Notes: generated by a model not told the origin, from the letters alone. A DNA stretch of 64,000 nucleotides from an uncultured virus (IMG/VR IMGVR_UViG_3300033463_005796) (IMGVR_UViG_3300033463_005796); one strand, 5' to 3'. Numbered from the stretch's first letter, positions 20,006-29,196 are shown. A program made the numbers and translations.

Positions 20006-20311
20006 TCAAGCTTGATTATTATTGGCAGTCTCATCAGAATTTTTATTTTCTGAGGATTTACTGTGCTCTTTTGAAATGTCATCAGCTACTTGCTGGAGCT
20101 TTTCAATGAAGACAATCATATACTTAGCAATCTGCTTTGCATATGCATCTGTAACTTCATCTCCTCCAGAGATTCCATCAATCTTGCATCTAAACTCTGA
20201 ATCATTCAGACGCTGCACTTCAAAGATGATCTTGCTGCTAGCAACTACTTTTTCTTCTTTGACTTCTTCAGTCTTTGTCTCAGGTGTTTCTTCTGCCATG
20301 TCTTTGTCCAT
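20006..20311 (-). CDS. hypothetical protein (paralog of 8795..9130)
   Basis: shared GISGGD motif. Confidence 0.65.
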   Translation of the reverse strand: MDKDMAEETPETKTEEVKEEKVVASSKIIFEVQRLNDSEFRCKIDGISGGDEVTDAYAKQIAKYMIVFIEKLQQVADDISKEHSKSSENKNSDETANNNQA

Positions 20312-20331
20312 TTTTTTATGAATAATATACG

Positions 20332-20604
20332 CTATAGAGTCTTGATGACGTCTTCAAACTTTAAGCATTTTCCAGGCTCTTTATGCGCATAGGCGATCTT
20401 CTTGACGTTGTTCCATGAGTCTGTATGGTAGAGAAGGTTGTGCTTTGACACTGCATCTGAGATCTTGTAGAAGCTGATGCTTGTCCCATTTGACTTCAAG
20501 AATTCAGTAAGGTCTAGTATGATTCCAAATTTGTTCCTGACAATCTCTGATTCATACTGCATCTGCGGTGTAAATATCTTGCTTTGGATCTTTTTCCTGT
20601 CCAT
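20332..20604 (-). CDS. hypothetical protein
   Basis: ORF in packed block. Confidence 0.5.
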   Translation of the reverse strand: MDRKKIQSKIFTPQMQYESEIVRNKFGIILDLTEFLKSNGTSISFYKISDAVSKHNLLYHTDSWNNVKKIAYAHKEPGKCLKFEDVIKTL

Positions 20605-20626
20605 TTTGTTTCTTGCTGGCTAGTTG

Positions 20627-20878
20627 TTATTTGTAGTTCTTAGATTGAACACGGTAAAGCTGATATACAGGGTTGATCCCAGGTGAAATTCGTTTGTAGA
20701 TATGGACTTGCTTTTCCATAGTCACTACGATGTTTGTCCCTTGAAGTAGGGCATTCTCAACCGGATATGGAGTATTGATGTAAGTCAAGATATTTCCATG
20801 CAATGAATGGACTGCTATGCACTTTGGACCTTCAGTCGTGCAGTAAGCCGGTTCATCATAGTATTCGTTTCTAGCCAT
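20627..20878 (-). CDS. hypothetical protein
   Basis: ORF in packed block, AAGTAATTA motif upstream. Confidence 0.55.
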   Translation of the reverse strand: MARNEYYDEPAYCTTEGPKCIAVHSLHGNILTYINTPYPVENALLQGTNIVVTMEKQVHIYKRISPGINPVYQLYRVQSKNYK

Positions 20879-20902
20879 ATTATTGTTAATTACTTTTGTT
20901 CA

Positions 20903-21271
20903 TTAGTGGAACACCATCCAACGGATCAGTTTGCCAATTGGCCAGAACTTCAGATATTCTGGAACTTCATCCCAGAGCTCTTGCTCTTTCTTTCTGACAA
21001 TCTCTTCGTGCGTCAGTTTCTTCTGTTCTTTTTCTTTCTTCAGCCGTTCTGCTTCATTGATGTTCGCTTGAGCAATGTTAATCGCAGTGTCAAGATTGTG
21101 CATCGTGACTTTCATCATGTCCTCAAAAGCAAGATCATCAGTGACCTCAATCTCTTTGCCTTTGTACTTTTCAGGATATTTCAAAAAGTCTTTCACTGTG
21201 TCTTTCTTGACTGACTCTTCCCAAGCAGAGTCCCAGTCAAAGAAGTCATCTGGTACTTCTAGTCTTTTCAT
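20903..21271 (-). CDS. hypothetical protein
   Basis: ORF directly after the sigma factor. Confidence 0.55.
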   Translation of the reverse strand: MKRLEVPDDFFDWDSAWEESVKKDTVKDFLKYPEKYKGKEIEVTDDLAFEDMMKVTMHNLDTAINIAQANINEAERLKKEKEQKKLTHEEIVRKKEQELWDEVPEYLKFWPIGKLIRWMVFH

Positions 21272-21273
21272 TT

Positions 21274-22056
21274 TCAGCAGAAAGCTGGAGCTAAGTCAGA
21301 CCAGCTGTTGATTGAGAACTTGTCTTTAAGACGCTGCTTGAACTTGTCTAAGATCGTCTTCTTAGATTTGTTTACTTCGGAGATGTTGATTCCAAGATCA
21401 ACAGAAATCTGCTTGACTGTGTCATGGTCTACAAATGCTCTTTGGAAGACTTCACGGTCTGTTGGATTGAAGTCAACAGAAGTCTTGACATAGTCAATCA
21501 AATGCTCATAGATCGAATGAGTGTCATTCTCTTCGATCTGGCTTTCAGTGTCTTTCACTGAACGCTGGTAAGTTGGATCAATCTGCTCTTCAATGAAGTT
21601 CTCATATGTAGCTCCAGACTGGTCATCTCCTGCTGTCTTGTCTTCATTGACAAAAGTATTCAGTCGAATTGAAGCTGCTGAGACTTGGTCATCTTTGTCA
21701 TAGAACTGCCCAACCATGTATTTGAAGACCCATGGCGTAGCATAAGTGATGAACTTGTTTCCTTTCTCTGGCTCAAACCTCTGAGCTGCAGTGACAAGAC
21801 CAAAGAACCCTCTTGCTACCATGTCATCAAAGTCATGTGTCTTCAGGGCATATTTCTTAGACATGCTGAAGACAATCCTGAGGTTGTGCATGATGAGAAG
21901 CTCCCTGCAGTGGTCCCTGTCTTTGTCCCACCATTCATCAATCAGAGCTTGCTCTTCTTCTTTTGAAAGCGTGTCATACTGCTTCTCTGACGCTTTCAGC
22001 TGTCGAATCATCGCTGTAGATGATTCATTATTCTGGATTGCGATCTGTTCTGCCAT
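21274..22056 (-). CDS. sigma-70 family RNA polymerase sigma factor
   Basis: LSKEEE, LIMHNLRIVFSMSKKY, DDMVARGFFGLVTAAQRFEPEKGNKFITYATPWV (region 2), C-terminal HTH-like region. Confidence 0.9.
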   Translation of the reverse strand: MAEQIAIQNNESSTAMIRQLKASEKQYDTLSKEEEQALIDEWWDKDRDHCRELLIMHNLRIVFSMSKKYALKTHDFDDMVARGFFGLVTAAQRFEPEKGNKFITYATPWVFKYMVGQFYDKDDQVSAASIRLNTFVNEDKTAGDDQSGATYENFIEEQIDPTYQRSVKDTESQIEENDTHSIYEHLIDYVKTSVDFNPTDREVFQRAFVDHDTVKQISVDLGINISEVNKSKKTILDKFKQRLKDKFSINSWSDLAPAFC

Positions 22057-22134
22057 TTCTGCCTCGATTCTTTATTGCCATTATATCAAGCTCTAGCTAT
22101 ACTTAGCAGAGCTTGTTCATTTTATTTGATTAAA

Positions 22135-22491
22135 TCATTTCTCAAAAAGTTTCATGAAGTCAATGACTTCTCTCTTTTCAGCGGTCTCTTTCAAGAAAAC
22201 TGTTTCTAGATCAAATTCATGATAGTCTTTTGCGAGATATCTAGTGAATACAAATCCATGATCAATAAGATACTGCGCATCCTCTTTAGAATACCAATGA
22301 AGAAGATCTTCAATTCGTGAACAAGAAGAATACCAGTTTTTCCCATCAATATGATATCTAGGATCATATCCCATAGGAAGATTCTTAGCATCTCCTTTAC
22401 AGTCTTTGCAACCCCAGACATATTCATTCTTAGAGTTGTACCAAAGACCGTTGTTTTCGTCAACAGCTTCTAGTCTATAAAGCCATTTCAT
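22135..22491 (-). CDS. hypothetical protein
   Basis: ORF coupled to RNA ligase gene. Confidence 0.6.
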   Translation of the reverse strand: MKWLYRLEAVDENNGLWYNSKNEYVWGCKDCKGDAKNLPMGYDPRYHIDGKNWYSSCSRIEDLLHWYSKEDAQYLIDHGFVFTRYLAKDYHEFDLETVFLKETAEKREVIDFMKLFEK

Positions 22492-22493
22492 TA

Positions 22494-23711
22494 TTAGTCT
22501 CCATTCTTGAGAAGGTACTTAGCTGAGACCTTCTTGAAGGAGATTTCTCCATTGTCGATTCTTTTGAAGACAACACCCTCGATCTGGTTTCCATTGTCAG
22601 ACTTCCGATCGACATACTTCTCAAAGTCTTCAATTGAATGGAGCTTCTGGAAGATCTTGCAAGTCTCAATGACCTTGACATGCTCAAGGCCAAGGAACTC
22701 ACAGATAGAGTATCTGACTTCCGGAGAGACAAACTTCTGGTCAGTGATGTCAAAGATGCGGAAGACTCTGAAGTGAGACTCAGCATTCTTGTCACGGTTG
22801 CCATTGAACTTTGGTCCAATCATTTCACCTTGGATTGCAAGCTCATGCTTAGCCGGGAAGATTTCTACGTCACCATCTTTTCTCACTAAGCCAATGCCAT
22901 ACAGCGTGTCAAGTCTGTTTTTCAGACCATCCCAGCCAATCTTCTTGAAAGCAGCAAACCAGTCATCGCTTCCACCATCGTCTTTCAAGAGGAAACGACG
23001 AGAAGAGATCTGCATTGCATCTTTTCCAGTCTCGGGGTTCCAAGTCAAAGGACGGTAGAAGAGGGTGCAAGAAGAACCATCATTCTTCTCAGTGCATTCC
23101 CAATCAGCATTGGCCATCTCTGGGTCAGTGAAGTATTCCATCAGTGCCTCAAGGCGGATCTCATCAGTCTTAGGAACATCTGAAGGGAAATTGCCTGAAG
23201 CATGGGACTGTGCTCTAGGACCGAGCTGAGAACGCTCGTCAAACCACTCGACAAGACGATCATAGACTTCAACTTTGAAGAGTGAAGTCATGTCAGTCCC
23301 AACAGGAAGATCTATGAAGAATGGAGTCTCAGGAGTGTTAGGAAACTCATGAGCAATTGTCTGCAGAGGAATGACAAGACCTTGAGAGACTTGGCCACGA
23401 AGCTTGATAGTCTTGATCTTCACATACTGCTCAGAGAATGCTGAAGACTCGGGTGTCTTTCCAGTGTAAAGCTTCTTCAAAGCTACGTTCTTAAGGAACT
23501 CCATGCAAGGAAGAAGATCATTGACATTGATTGCTGAGTCAATCTCGAAGTAGACGACCTTCTGACCAACAGAAAATTCACCTTTCTTTACGACGACTTT
23601 CCAGCCAAGGTTCTTCATCTCAGCTACTTCAAGAAAGTCAGAGTTCTCAATAGGAGAAAGCTTAGCAATCTCCTGGATTGACGCCATTTTACGTTGAGTT
23701 TCAGTAAGCAT
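22494..23711 (-). CDS. ATP-dependent RNA ligase, DRB0094/Rnl5-like
   Basis: N-terminal RKMASIQ...WKVVVKKGEF...VYFEIDS...KLRGQVSQGL; PKTDEIR; motif I EKNDGSS; QGEMIGP; FDI; EGVVFK; SFKKVS. Confidence 0.9.
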   Translation of the reverse strand: MLTETQRKMASIQEIAKLSPIENSDFLEVAEMKNLGWKVVVKKGEFSVGQKVVYFEIDSAINVNDLLPCMEFLKNVALKKLYTGKTPESSAFSEQYVKIKTIKLRGQVSQGLVIPLQTIAHEFPNTPETPFFIDLPVGTDMTSLFKVEVYDRLVEWFDERSQLGPRAQSHASGNFPSDVPKTDEIRLEALMEYFTDPEMANADWECTEKNDGSSCTLFYRPLTWNPETGKDAMQISSRRFLLKDDGGSDDWFAAFKKIGWDGLKNRLDTLYGIGLVRKDGDVEIFPAKHELAIQGEMIGPKFNGNRDKNAESHFRVFRIFDITDQKFVSPEVRYSICEFLGLEHVKVIETCKIFQKLHSIEDFEKYVDRKSDNGNQIEGVVFKRIDNGEISFKKVSAKYLLKNGD

Positions 23712-23769
23712 TTTCTTTTCCTTTGTTTTACGTTCTTATTATATCAACTTCTGCAGCAGTTTAGCAGAG

Positions 23770-24948
23770 TCATTCTATTTCAAAAAGCTGAATGAACTTG
23801 TCATCAGTGATTGACACCACAAAGTCATCTGTCAGCTTGCCATCATACGCCTTGAACCAAAGCATTGCCTGCGGCTCATTCTTATGACGAAGAGCAAAAT
23901 CTTTTCTAGAAAGGTGCTCTTCATTGATTTCACCATCAACACAAGTCTTAATGAACTTTACTCTCAGCATTGCAGCATTGACTCGAAGTCTAACCTCATC
24001 AAAGCGCTCCTTGTACTCGGGGAAATATGAAAGGAATTCAGCATCTTCACCTTTGCGGATCAAAGCTACCATTGCTTCTAGATCCATTGCTCCGTTTGAC
24101 ATCTGCTTGTGCAGTTGGAAATAGAGCTTTGATTTCATCTTGATCCTATTGCCATTGCCATCTCTGACAACAATGCCCTCATGCTTAATGCCAAATCCTT
24201 CAACAAGATTCGTGTAGTCTTCAGGAGACTTCATCTCATAAGCTGTTGGAGTGTCAACACCTAGCTGATATCCAACATAGCCATCAACCACAAGGTTCCC
24301 CGTCAGCTCTGCTCCATCTTCATTTCTGAACCTGCCAATAAGGAAGAGCTTTGGCTTTGGATAGTCAATGACAATGCGATTGAACCTAGAGCAAAGCTCA
24401 AAGCAATATGTCGCCTTCTTCCAAAGATATCCTCCTGTAAATGGATCTTTGCTATCCGGGCTTTCAAGCTTTTTCTTGAATTTAGGATAGTTCTTCTCAA
24501 TAATGTCTCTCAGCAGTGCGCCAAATGTTGGGTAGATGGCATCTGACAGTTCTGCTTCATCTACATCGAAGTTCTGTCGAGTTCCAAAAATCCAACGTCC
24601 ATCATAGTATGAAAGAAACACTAGTGTCCCATCTTCCTTGATTGTGGCATTTGCAGTGTCCCAATCGATATTTGCAGCAGGGCCTTCACCATAGTTGAAG
24701 AACCTGTTGAACCCCTTTCTTACGATTTTGAACTTCTCTTTTGAGTCAAGGACAAGGCCACGAGCTTCAGCTACGATTGGATCATAGTTGTCAGACTCAA
24801 GCATGTTGTAGTTGAACATGACATAGCGTCCATCTGCAAAAGACGAACGCTTGATCTTCAATGAATAAGGAGGTAGCTGAAGTGCAGCTTCCCAATCATC
24901 ATGCTCAAAAATGAACTTTTGAATGTTTAGCATCTTTTTATAGGTCAT
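23770..24948 (-). CDS. T4 Rnl1-like RNA ligase
   Basis: EARGLVL, RFFNYGE, motif I KEDGTL, FELCS...NRIV, EGIVV, RIKMKS. Confidence 0.88.
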   Translation of the reverse strand: MTYKKMLNIQKFIFEHDDWEAALQLPPYSLKIKRSSFADGRYVMFNYNMLESDNYDPIVAEARGLVLDSKEKFKIVRKGFNRFFNYGEGPAANIDWDTANATIKEDGTLVFLSYYDGRWIFGTRQNFDVDEAELSDAIYPTFGALLRDIIEKNYPKFKKKLESPDSKDPFTGGYLWKKATYCFELCSRFNRIVIDYPKPKLFLIGRFRNEDGAELTGNLVVDGYVGYQLGVDTPTAYEMKSPEDYTNLVEGFGIKHEGIVVRDGNGNRIKMKSKLYFQLHKQMSNGAMDLEAMVALIRKGEDAEFLSYFPEYKERFDEVRLRVNAAMLRVKFIKTCVDGEINEEHLSRKDFALRHKNEPQAMLWFKAYDGKLTDDFVVSITDDKFIQLFEIE

Positions 24949-25771
24949 CTAGTGTTTGTTCTTCACCCTTGCACATTGCAAGGAACTCTTTCTCAGACAG
25001 GAGCTTTGTCCCAAGCTCACGAGCTTTGCAGGCTTTAGTCGATGTGCTGTTAGGATCAGCAATGACAAGATAAGTAAGGCCCTTTGAAACACTGCTCTTG
25101 ATCTCAAACCCAACAGACTCAGCAAGCTTCTGAGCTTCAGTCCGCCCCATTGTCTCAAGTGCGCCTGTGAAACAAATAGACCCCTTAGAAGATGGGCGAG
25201 CGACATCATCTACTCCGCTATAGTGGTATCTAGAATCAGTAACAATCTTCTTTGTATTCTCAATGGCTTCAGGAAGATATTCCCAAAAAGCTTCAATTGA
25301 CTTCTCACCAATTCCAGCAGGAAGAGTTGAAAGCATATGCTGCTTCTCATTGTCTTCATGCTTCAGGCCCATGATCCAGTCAAAATGGTAATGCTCGATG
25401 ATCTTTCCAATCTGAACTTCTGCTAGACCCTTGAAGTGCATTGCTCTAAAGATCTTCTGTGGAGAAGCTGAAAACAGCTTGTCATTCAGCTCATTGTAAA
25501 GTGTAGTCTCACTCTTATAGTTTGGATTTGGAGTGAATGAGATCAAATCACTGACAGTCTTGATTCCAAAGTTGTCAAGCTGCTTCTTAGCTGAATGCTT
25601 GATGTCAAACTTCTTGATGAACACAGTCAAAGCAGTGCCAAGCTTAGCTTCACACTCTTTGTTCATGCATCGAAGGTCAACACCATCAACCACCAATGGA
25701 GATCCACAGCATGGACAGACCATTGGCGCCAGATAGCGGTCATGTAGCTCTTGAACTGAAATGTCTTTCAT
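24938..25771 (-). CDS. NAD-dependent DNA ligase, C-terminal part (Zn finger, HhH, BRCT)
   Basis: CPCCGSPL...LRCMNKEC, GIGEKS HhH, ICFTGAL...SSVSKGLTYLV...KARELG BRCT. Confidence 0.85.
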   Translation of the reverse strand: MKDISVQELHDRYLAPMVCPCCGSPLVVDGVDLRCMNKECEAKLGTALTVFIKKFDIKHSAKKQLDNFGIKTVSDLISFTPNPNYKSETTLYNELNDKLFSASPQKIFRAMHFKGLAEVQIGKIIEHYHFDWIMGLKHEDNEKQHMLSTLPAGIGEKSIEAFWEYLPEAIENTKKIVTDSRYHYSGVDDVARPSSKGSICFTGALETMGRTEAQKLAESVGFEIKSSVSKGLTYLVIADPNSTSTKACKARELGTKLLSEKEFLAMCKGEEQTLDDL

Positions 25772-25927
25772 GATTTCTTTTATTAGGTTTACATAATAAT
25801 TATATCAAGTTTAAAACTAATTGGCAGAATAAAATTTAACTAATTTAAAATTTTAACAAAAAGCTCTTGCCTATAGACAGGCAAGAGCATAGCATAGCAA
25901 TTAATGTTCGTTCCATGATGTTTTATA

Positions 25928-26003
25928 TGGGGCGGCGGATGGGATTTGAACCCATAGTTATTCGGACCACAACCGAAAGTCTTGCCATTAGACGACTGCC
26001 ACC
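25928..26003 (-). tRNA. tRNA-His(GTG), G-1 encoded
   Basis: cloverleaf, TTCGG-TTGTGGT-CCGAA, C73, CCA. Confidence 0.9.
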
Positions 26004-26809
26004 ATTTTAATATTTTCTAAAGATATTTTACCATTTATAAAATCACCATAATTTGTTTTATCAATAAAAAGTATTTTAACATCATTTTGTGTTAAAACTA
26101 ATTTCATTTTTTCTTTATCTTTTGAACTATAAAAACCTTTCACTTCAATGTATAAATCATTTTTTGGAATATAAAAATCTGGAATATATCTGTGTTCAGA
26201 ATTATCTTCTTTAAAATATTTTATTGTTTTATTTCTTTCCCAGAGTATTCCTAAATCATTTAATCTTTTTGCAACATTTAATTCCCATAATCCTTGAAGT
26301 TTATATTCTTCATTATTTATATTAAAATATGAATAAAACTTTACATCAGTTCTTTGTGAAGGTAACTTTCCATTTTTATATAAATAAATTTTTGTTCTTG
26401 ACATTTTATCACGTGATTCTTTAGAATGATGTCTTCCTTTAAATCCCGGTATTATTTTTCCATTTTTTATATTATTTATATATGTTTCACTACCTCTTTT
26501 AATACTAATATTTGTTTCTTTTGTCAAACCTTTATTCCATCCACCTTTAACACAGAGTTGTGAATGTTCTTTATGCTGGTGTTCTTTTAATTTAGCACGT
26601 GTTTCTCCAATAAAATCACAATGTGAACATTTCCATGTTCCAAATGGTGATTTTAATTTTAGATGACTAGTAGATGTATTAAAATTACAAACATGCCTTT
26701 TTACTTTAGAGGCAATAAATTTCATTCTACATGATTTAGAACAAAATCTTCCACTACCATAAGATCCATCATGCTCTTTCTTACAAAATTCACAAATATA
26801 TTTTTCCAT
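25988..26809 (-). CDS. putative homing endonuclease (Zn finger, NUMOD3-like, PD-(D/E)xK domain)
   Basis: CEFC...RFCSKSC, FKGRHHSKESRDKMS, YIPDFY...IEVKG; very AT-rich insertion in tRNA array. Confidence 0.75.
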   Translation of the reverse strand: MEKYICEFCKKEHDGSYGSGRFCSKSCRMKFIASKVKRHVCNFNTSTSHLKLKSPFGTWKCSHCDFIGETRAKLKEHQHKEHSQLCVKGGWNKGLTKETNISIKRGSETYINNIKNGKIIPGFKGRHHSKESRDKMSRTKIYLYKNGKLPSQRTDVKFYSYFNINNEEYKLQGLWELNVAKRLNDLGILWERNKTIKYFKEDNSEHRYIPDFYIPKNDLYIEVKGFYSSKDKEKMKLVLTQNDVKILFIDKTNYGDFINGKISLENIKMVAVV

Positions 26810-26844
26810 ATAATTTAATTACTTTAAATGATTAAATTATTGGT

Positions 26845-26867
26845 TTACCAAACTGAGCTACCGTCGC
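26845..26867 (-). pseudogene. 5' fragment of a tRNA
   Basis: GCGACGG-TA-GCTCAGTTTGGTAA then breaks off at the endonuclease leader. Confidence 0.55.
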
Positions 26868-26868
26868 A

Positions 26869-26944
26869 TGGCACATTGAGCCAGACTCGAACTAGCATTA
26901 GTGGATTTGGAGTCCACGGTCCTAACCAATTGGACGATCAATGT
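26869..26944 (-). tRNA. tRNA-Trp(CCA)
   Basis: GTGGA-CTCCAAA-TCCAC, CCA end. Confidence 0.92.
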
Positions 26945-26946
26945 AT

Positions 26947-27021
26947 TGGCATTTCCGCTGGGAATCGAACCCAGACCTTCTGAATGAGAATCAGAGAACC
27001 TAACCTTTAATCGACGGAAAC
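26947..27021 (-). tRNA. tRNA-Glu(CTC)
   Basis: TCTGA-TTCTCAT-TCAGA. Confidence 0.92.
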
Positions 27022-27096
27022 TGGCGTCCCATGCTGGAGTCAAACCAACTTCACTGGTTCCGTAGACCAGGGCCCGATTCGTTAGACCAATGGGAC
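27022..27096 (-). tRNA. tRNA-Arg(ACG)
   Basis: CTGGT-CTACGGA-ACCAG. Confidence 0.9.
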
Positions 27097-27104
27097 ATAT
27101 AAGA

Positions 27105-27180
27105 TGGAGCATTCGGTGGGTGCCGCCCCCACGTATAGCGGTTTTGCAGACCGCCGCGTTTGCTGTTTCGCCACGAATGC
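27105..27180 (-). tRNA. tRNA-Cys(GCA)
   Basis: GCGGT-CTGCAAA-ACCGC, U73, atypical T loop. Confidence 0.85.
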
Positions 27181-27181
27181 T

Positions 27182-27256
27182 TGGTGCTGGAAGATGGAAT
27201 CGCACCACCGACGCTCTGCTCTTCAGGCAGACGCTCTACTTCTGAGCTATTCCAGC
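27182..27256 (-). tRNA. tRNA-Phe(GAA)
   Basis: TCTGC-CTGAAGA-GCAGA. Confidence 0.92.
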
Positions 27257-27331
27257 TTTTGCTCTTGAATTCCATCTGCAATCCGAAGCCAGACCACTTA
27301 GATTTTAAAGTTGTCGAAATCAAATCAACTT

Positions 27332-27406
27332 TGGTATGTCTGACAGGACTCGAACCCGCATAGAATTCCTTAGGACGGAACCGAGGATCCATTCCTCAAC
27401 AGACAC
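27332..27406 (-). tRNA. tRNA-Arg(CCT)
   Basis: GTTCC-GTCCTAA-GGAAT. Confidence 0.85.
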
Positions 27407-27482
27407 TGGTGGGCATGGCAGGATTCGAACTTGCACTTGACTGCCTCTGAAACAGTTGCCTCTGCCGTTGGGCTACATACCC
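27407..27482 (-). tRNA. tRNA-Leu(CAG), short variable loop
   Basis: ACTGT-TTCAGAG-GCAGT, A73, 5-nt variable loop. Confidence 0.85.
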
Positions 27483-27490
27483 GAAATCAA

Positions 27491-27565
27491 TGGTGGCGTT
27501 GGCAGGACTCGAACCTACAACCATGGGATTATGATTCCCGTGCTCTACCATTGAGCCACAACGCC
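27491..27565 (-). tRNA. tRNA-Met(CAT), elongator (Ile2 not excluded)
   Basis: CGGGA-ATCATAA-TCCCA, G2:C71 and C3:G70. Confidence 0.88.
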
Positions 27566-27577
27566 ACTGTGAAGAAG

Positions 27578-27664
27578 TGGTGGGCCTGATAGGAATTGCA
27601 CCTACACGGGATTTCTCCCCTTGGATCCTTAGTCCAAGGCGGCTGCTAGTTACGCCACAGACCC
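27578..27664 (-). tRNA. tRNA-Leu(AAG)
   Basis: TTGGA-CTAAGGA-TCCAA, long variable arm. Confidence 0.85.
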
Positions 27665-27698
27665 ATATTTATATTTTACTTTTTGAAAGTTGAAATTT

Positions 27699-27787
27699 CA
27701 GAGAGGAGAGGATTCGAACCTCCGGACGTTTTTAGGCGCCACAGCATTTCCAGTGCTGCTCCATAAGCCAGACTCGGACACCTCTCT
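27699..27787 (-). tRNA. tRNA-Ser(GGA), no encoded CCA
   Basis: CAGCA-CTGGAAA-TGCTG, long variable arm, G73. Confidence 0.9.
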
Positions 27788-27792
27788 ATAGT

Positions 27793-27884
27793 TGGCGCCG
27801 GGAGAAGGATTCGAACCTTCGGGACGTTTTGAGGCGTCCAACGGTTTAGCAAACCGTCGCTTTAAGCCACTCAGCCATCCCAGC
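27793..27884 (-). tRNA. tRNA-Ser(GCT)
   Basis: ACGGT-TTGCTAA-ACCGT, long variable arm. Confidence 0.92.
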
Positions 27885-27892
27885 ATTAAATT

Positions 27893-27984
27893 TGGCGGAA
27901 GGTGAGGGCTTCGCTCCCCCGTGGCTTTTTAGGGCCAACCGCATTTCGAGTGCGGCGCGATAAGCTGGACTCTGCCAACCTTCC
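27893..27984 (-). tRNA. tRNA-Ser(CGA)
   Basis: CCGCA-CTCGAAA-TGCGG, long variable arm, atypical T loop. Confidence 0.88.
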
Positions 27985-28060
27985 TGGTGGTCCCAGCCCG
28001 ACTCGAACAGGCGACATTCTGCGTGTAAAGCAGACGTTCTAACCACTGAACTATGGAACC
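27985..28060 (-). tRNA. tRNA-Val(TAC)
   Basis: TCTGC-TTTACAC-GCAGA. Confidence 0.92.
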
Positions 28061-28134
28061 TGGTTGTCCCTCAGGGATTCGGACCCCGACTAACTGATCC
28101 AGAGTCAGTTGTGCTGCCATTACACCAAGGGACA
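28061..28134 (-). tRNA. tRNA-Gln(CTG)
   Basis: ACTGA-CTCTGGA-TCAGT. Confidence 0.92.
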
Positions 28135-28139
28135 ATAAA

Positions 28140-28215
28140 TGGAGCACGTGATGGGATTTGAACCCACGACATCCTCCATGGCAAGGAGGCATTCTAGCCA
28201 CTGAATTACACGCGC
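28140..28215 (-). tRNA. tRNA-Gly(GCC)
   Basis: CCTCC-TTGCCAT-GGAGG. Confidence 0.92.
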
Positions 28216-28221
28216 ATTTTA

Positions 28222-28298
28222 TGGTCGGCCAGGTCCGACTTGAACGGACGACTTTCTCCTTATCAGGGAGACTATCTAACCAGCTGATATACTGGCCG
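28222..28298 (-). tRNA. tRNA-Ile(GAT)
   Basis: TCTCC-CTGATAA-GGAGA. Confidence 0.92.
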
Positions 28299-28322
28299 AT
28301 GAAAATATTTTAAATATTATAC

Positions 28323-28985
28323 TTATTTACCATTTTTAATTTTTCGCCCAGCTTTCCAACCATTTGGAATAGATTCTGTTTTAAAAATTGTTTTTGATTC
28401 TAAGGTCTTAATATTATAAATCCAAATTTTACCATACATTGCATTTTTATTTTTAAAATGGTTTTTTGACATTTTCTTTCTTGTTTCTTCAGAATGATTT
28501 TTTCCAAACATTGGATTTTTATTACCGACTCTACTAAATTTTTCAGGATTATTTAGTTTTGCTTTTGCTATTCCTTCTTTTACTCTTTTTTTATGATATT
28601 CAGATAATTTTTTCCCTATTTTGCCAATATTATTTAATTTCATTTTATTTATGTAAATAAATCCAAAATTTCCATCATTAATACTATCTCTATTTTTATT
28701 TATATAATCCCATCCACCATCTCCACCAACTTTTAAATTATACGTATCATCTCTAGCTACAAACTCTTCATTAACAATCTCTTTTTCTTTTGCATCCATT
28801 TCATCTTTGTCCTTACAAAAGAAAAGAATTTTTCTATCAAAATTTTCTATGCCATATTTATTAATAGCATTCCAAAGAATTTTTCCTGATCCTAAATAAC
28901 CATCATTGAGATTATTTGTTTGGTGCTGACCAATATAAATTTTTCCATTTATTTTATTTGTTGTTTGATAAATTAAAAAATACAT
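28323..28985 (-). CDS. GIY-YIG (Seg-like) homing endonuclease with NUMOD3 motif
   Basis: LIYQTTNKINGKIYIGQH, YLGSG, YNLKVGG, NPMFGKNHSEETRKKMS; AT-rich. Confidence 0.88.
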   Translation of the reverse strand: MYFLIYQTTNKINGKIYIGQHQTNNLNDGYLGSGKILWNAINKYGIENFDRKILFFCKDKDEMDAKEKEIVNEEFVARDDTYNLKVGGDGGWDYINKNRDSINDGNFGFIYINKMKLNNIGKIGKKLSEYHKKRVKEGIAKAKLNNPEKFSRVGNKNPMFGKNHSEETRKKMSKNHFKNKNAMYGKIWIYNIKTLESKTIFKTESIPNGWKAGRKIKNGK

Positions 28986-29026
28986 AATTGAACCTTTAAA
29001 AATATTTACTTTTTAAAGGTTCAATT
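28986..29026 (-). promoter_or_regulatory. perfect 16-bp inverted repeat abutting the endonuclease ATG, with AGTAAATAT in the loop
   Basis: AATTGAACCTTTAAAA-N9-TTTTAAAGGTTCAATT. Confidence 0.7.
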
Positions 29027-29033
29027 CTAAGCT

Positions 29034-29107
29034 TTGCGGGAGCATGATTTGAACATGCAACACACGGGTTATGGGCCCGTTGAGCTACCGGGTTGCTCTA
29101 TCCCGCA
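29034..29107 (-). tRNA. initiator-type tRNA-Met(CAT), no encoded CCA
   Basis: ACGGG-CCCATAA-CCCGT with three G:C pairs, GAGC/GCTC D stem. Confidence 0.88.
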
Positions 29108-29196
29108 GTAATTAAAGGTTCAATATTATTTACAAAAAACCCATCAGAGTTGAACCTCAAGGAGAATTACTTCTATCTTGAACTCTGATGAATAAG

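Noticed and set aside
27660..29033. Theta (HDV-like) ribozymes after the CCA-less tRNAs Ser(GGA) and fMet
   Set aside because: The 3' trailers are short AT-rich sequences with no nested double-pseudoknot pattern that I could find
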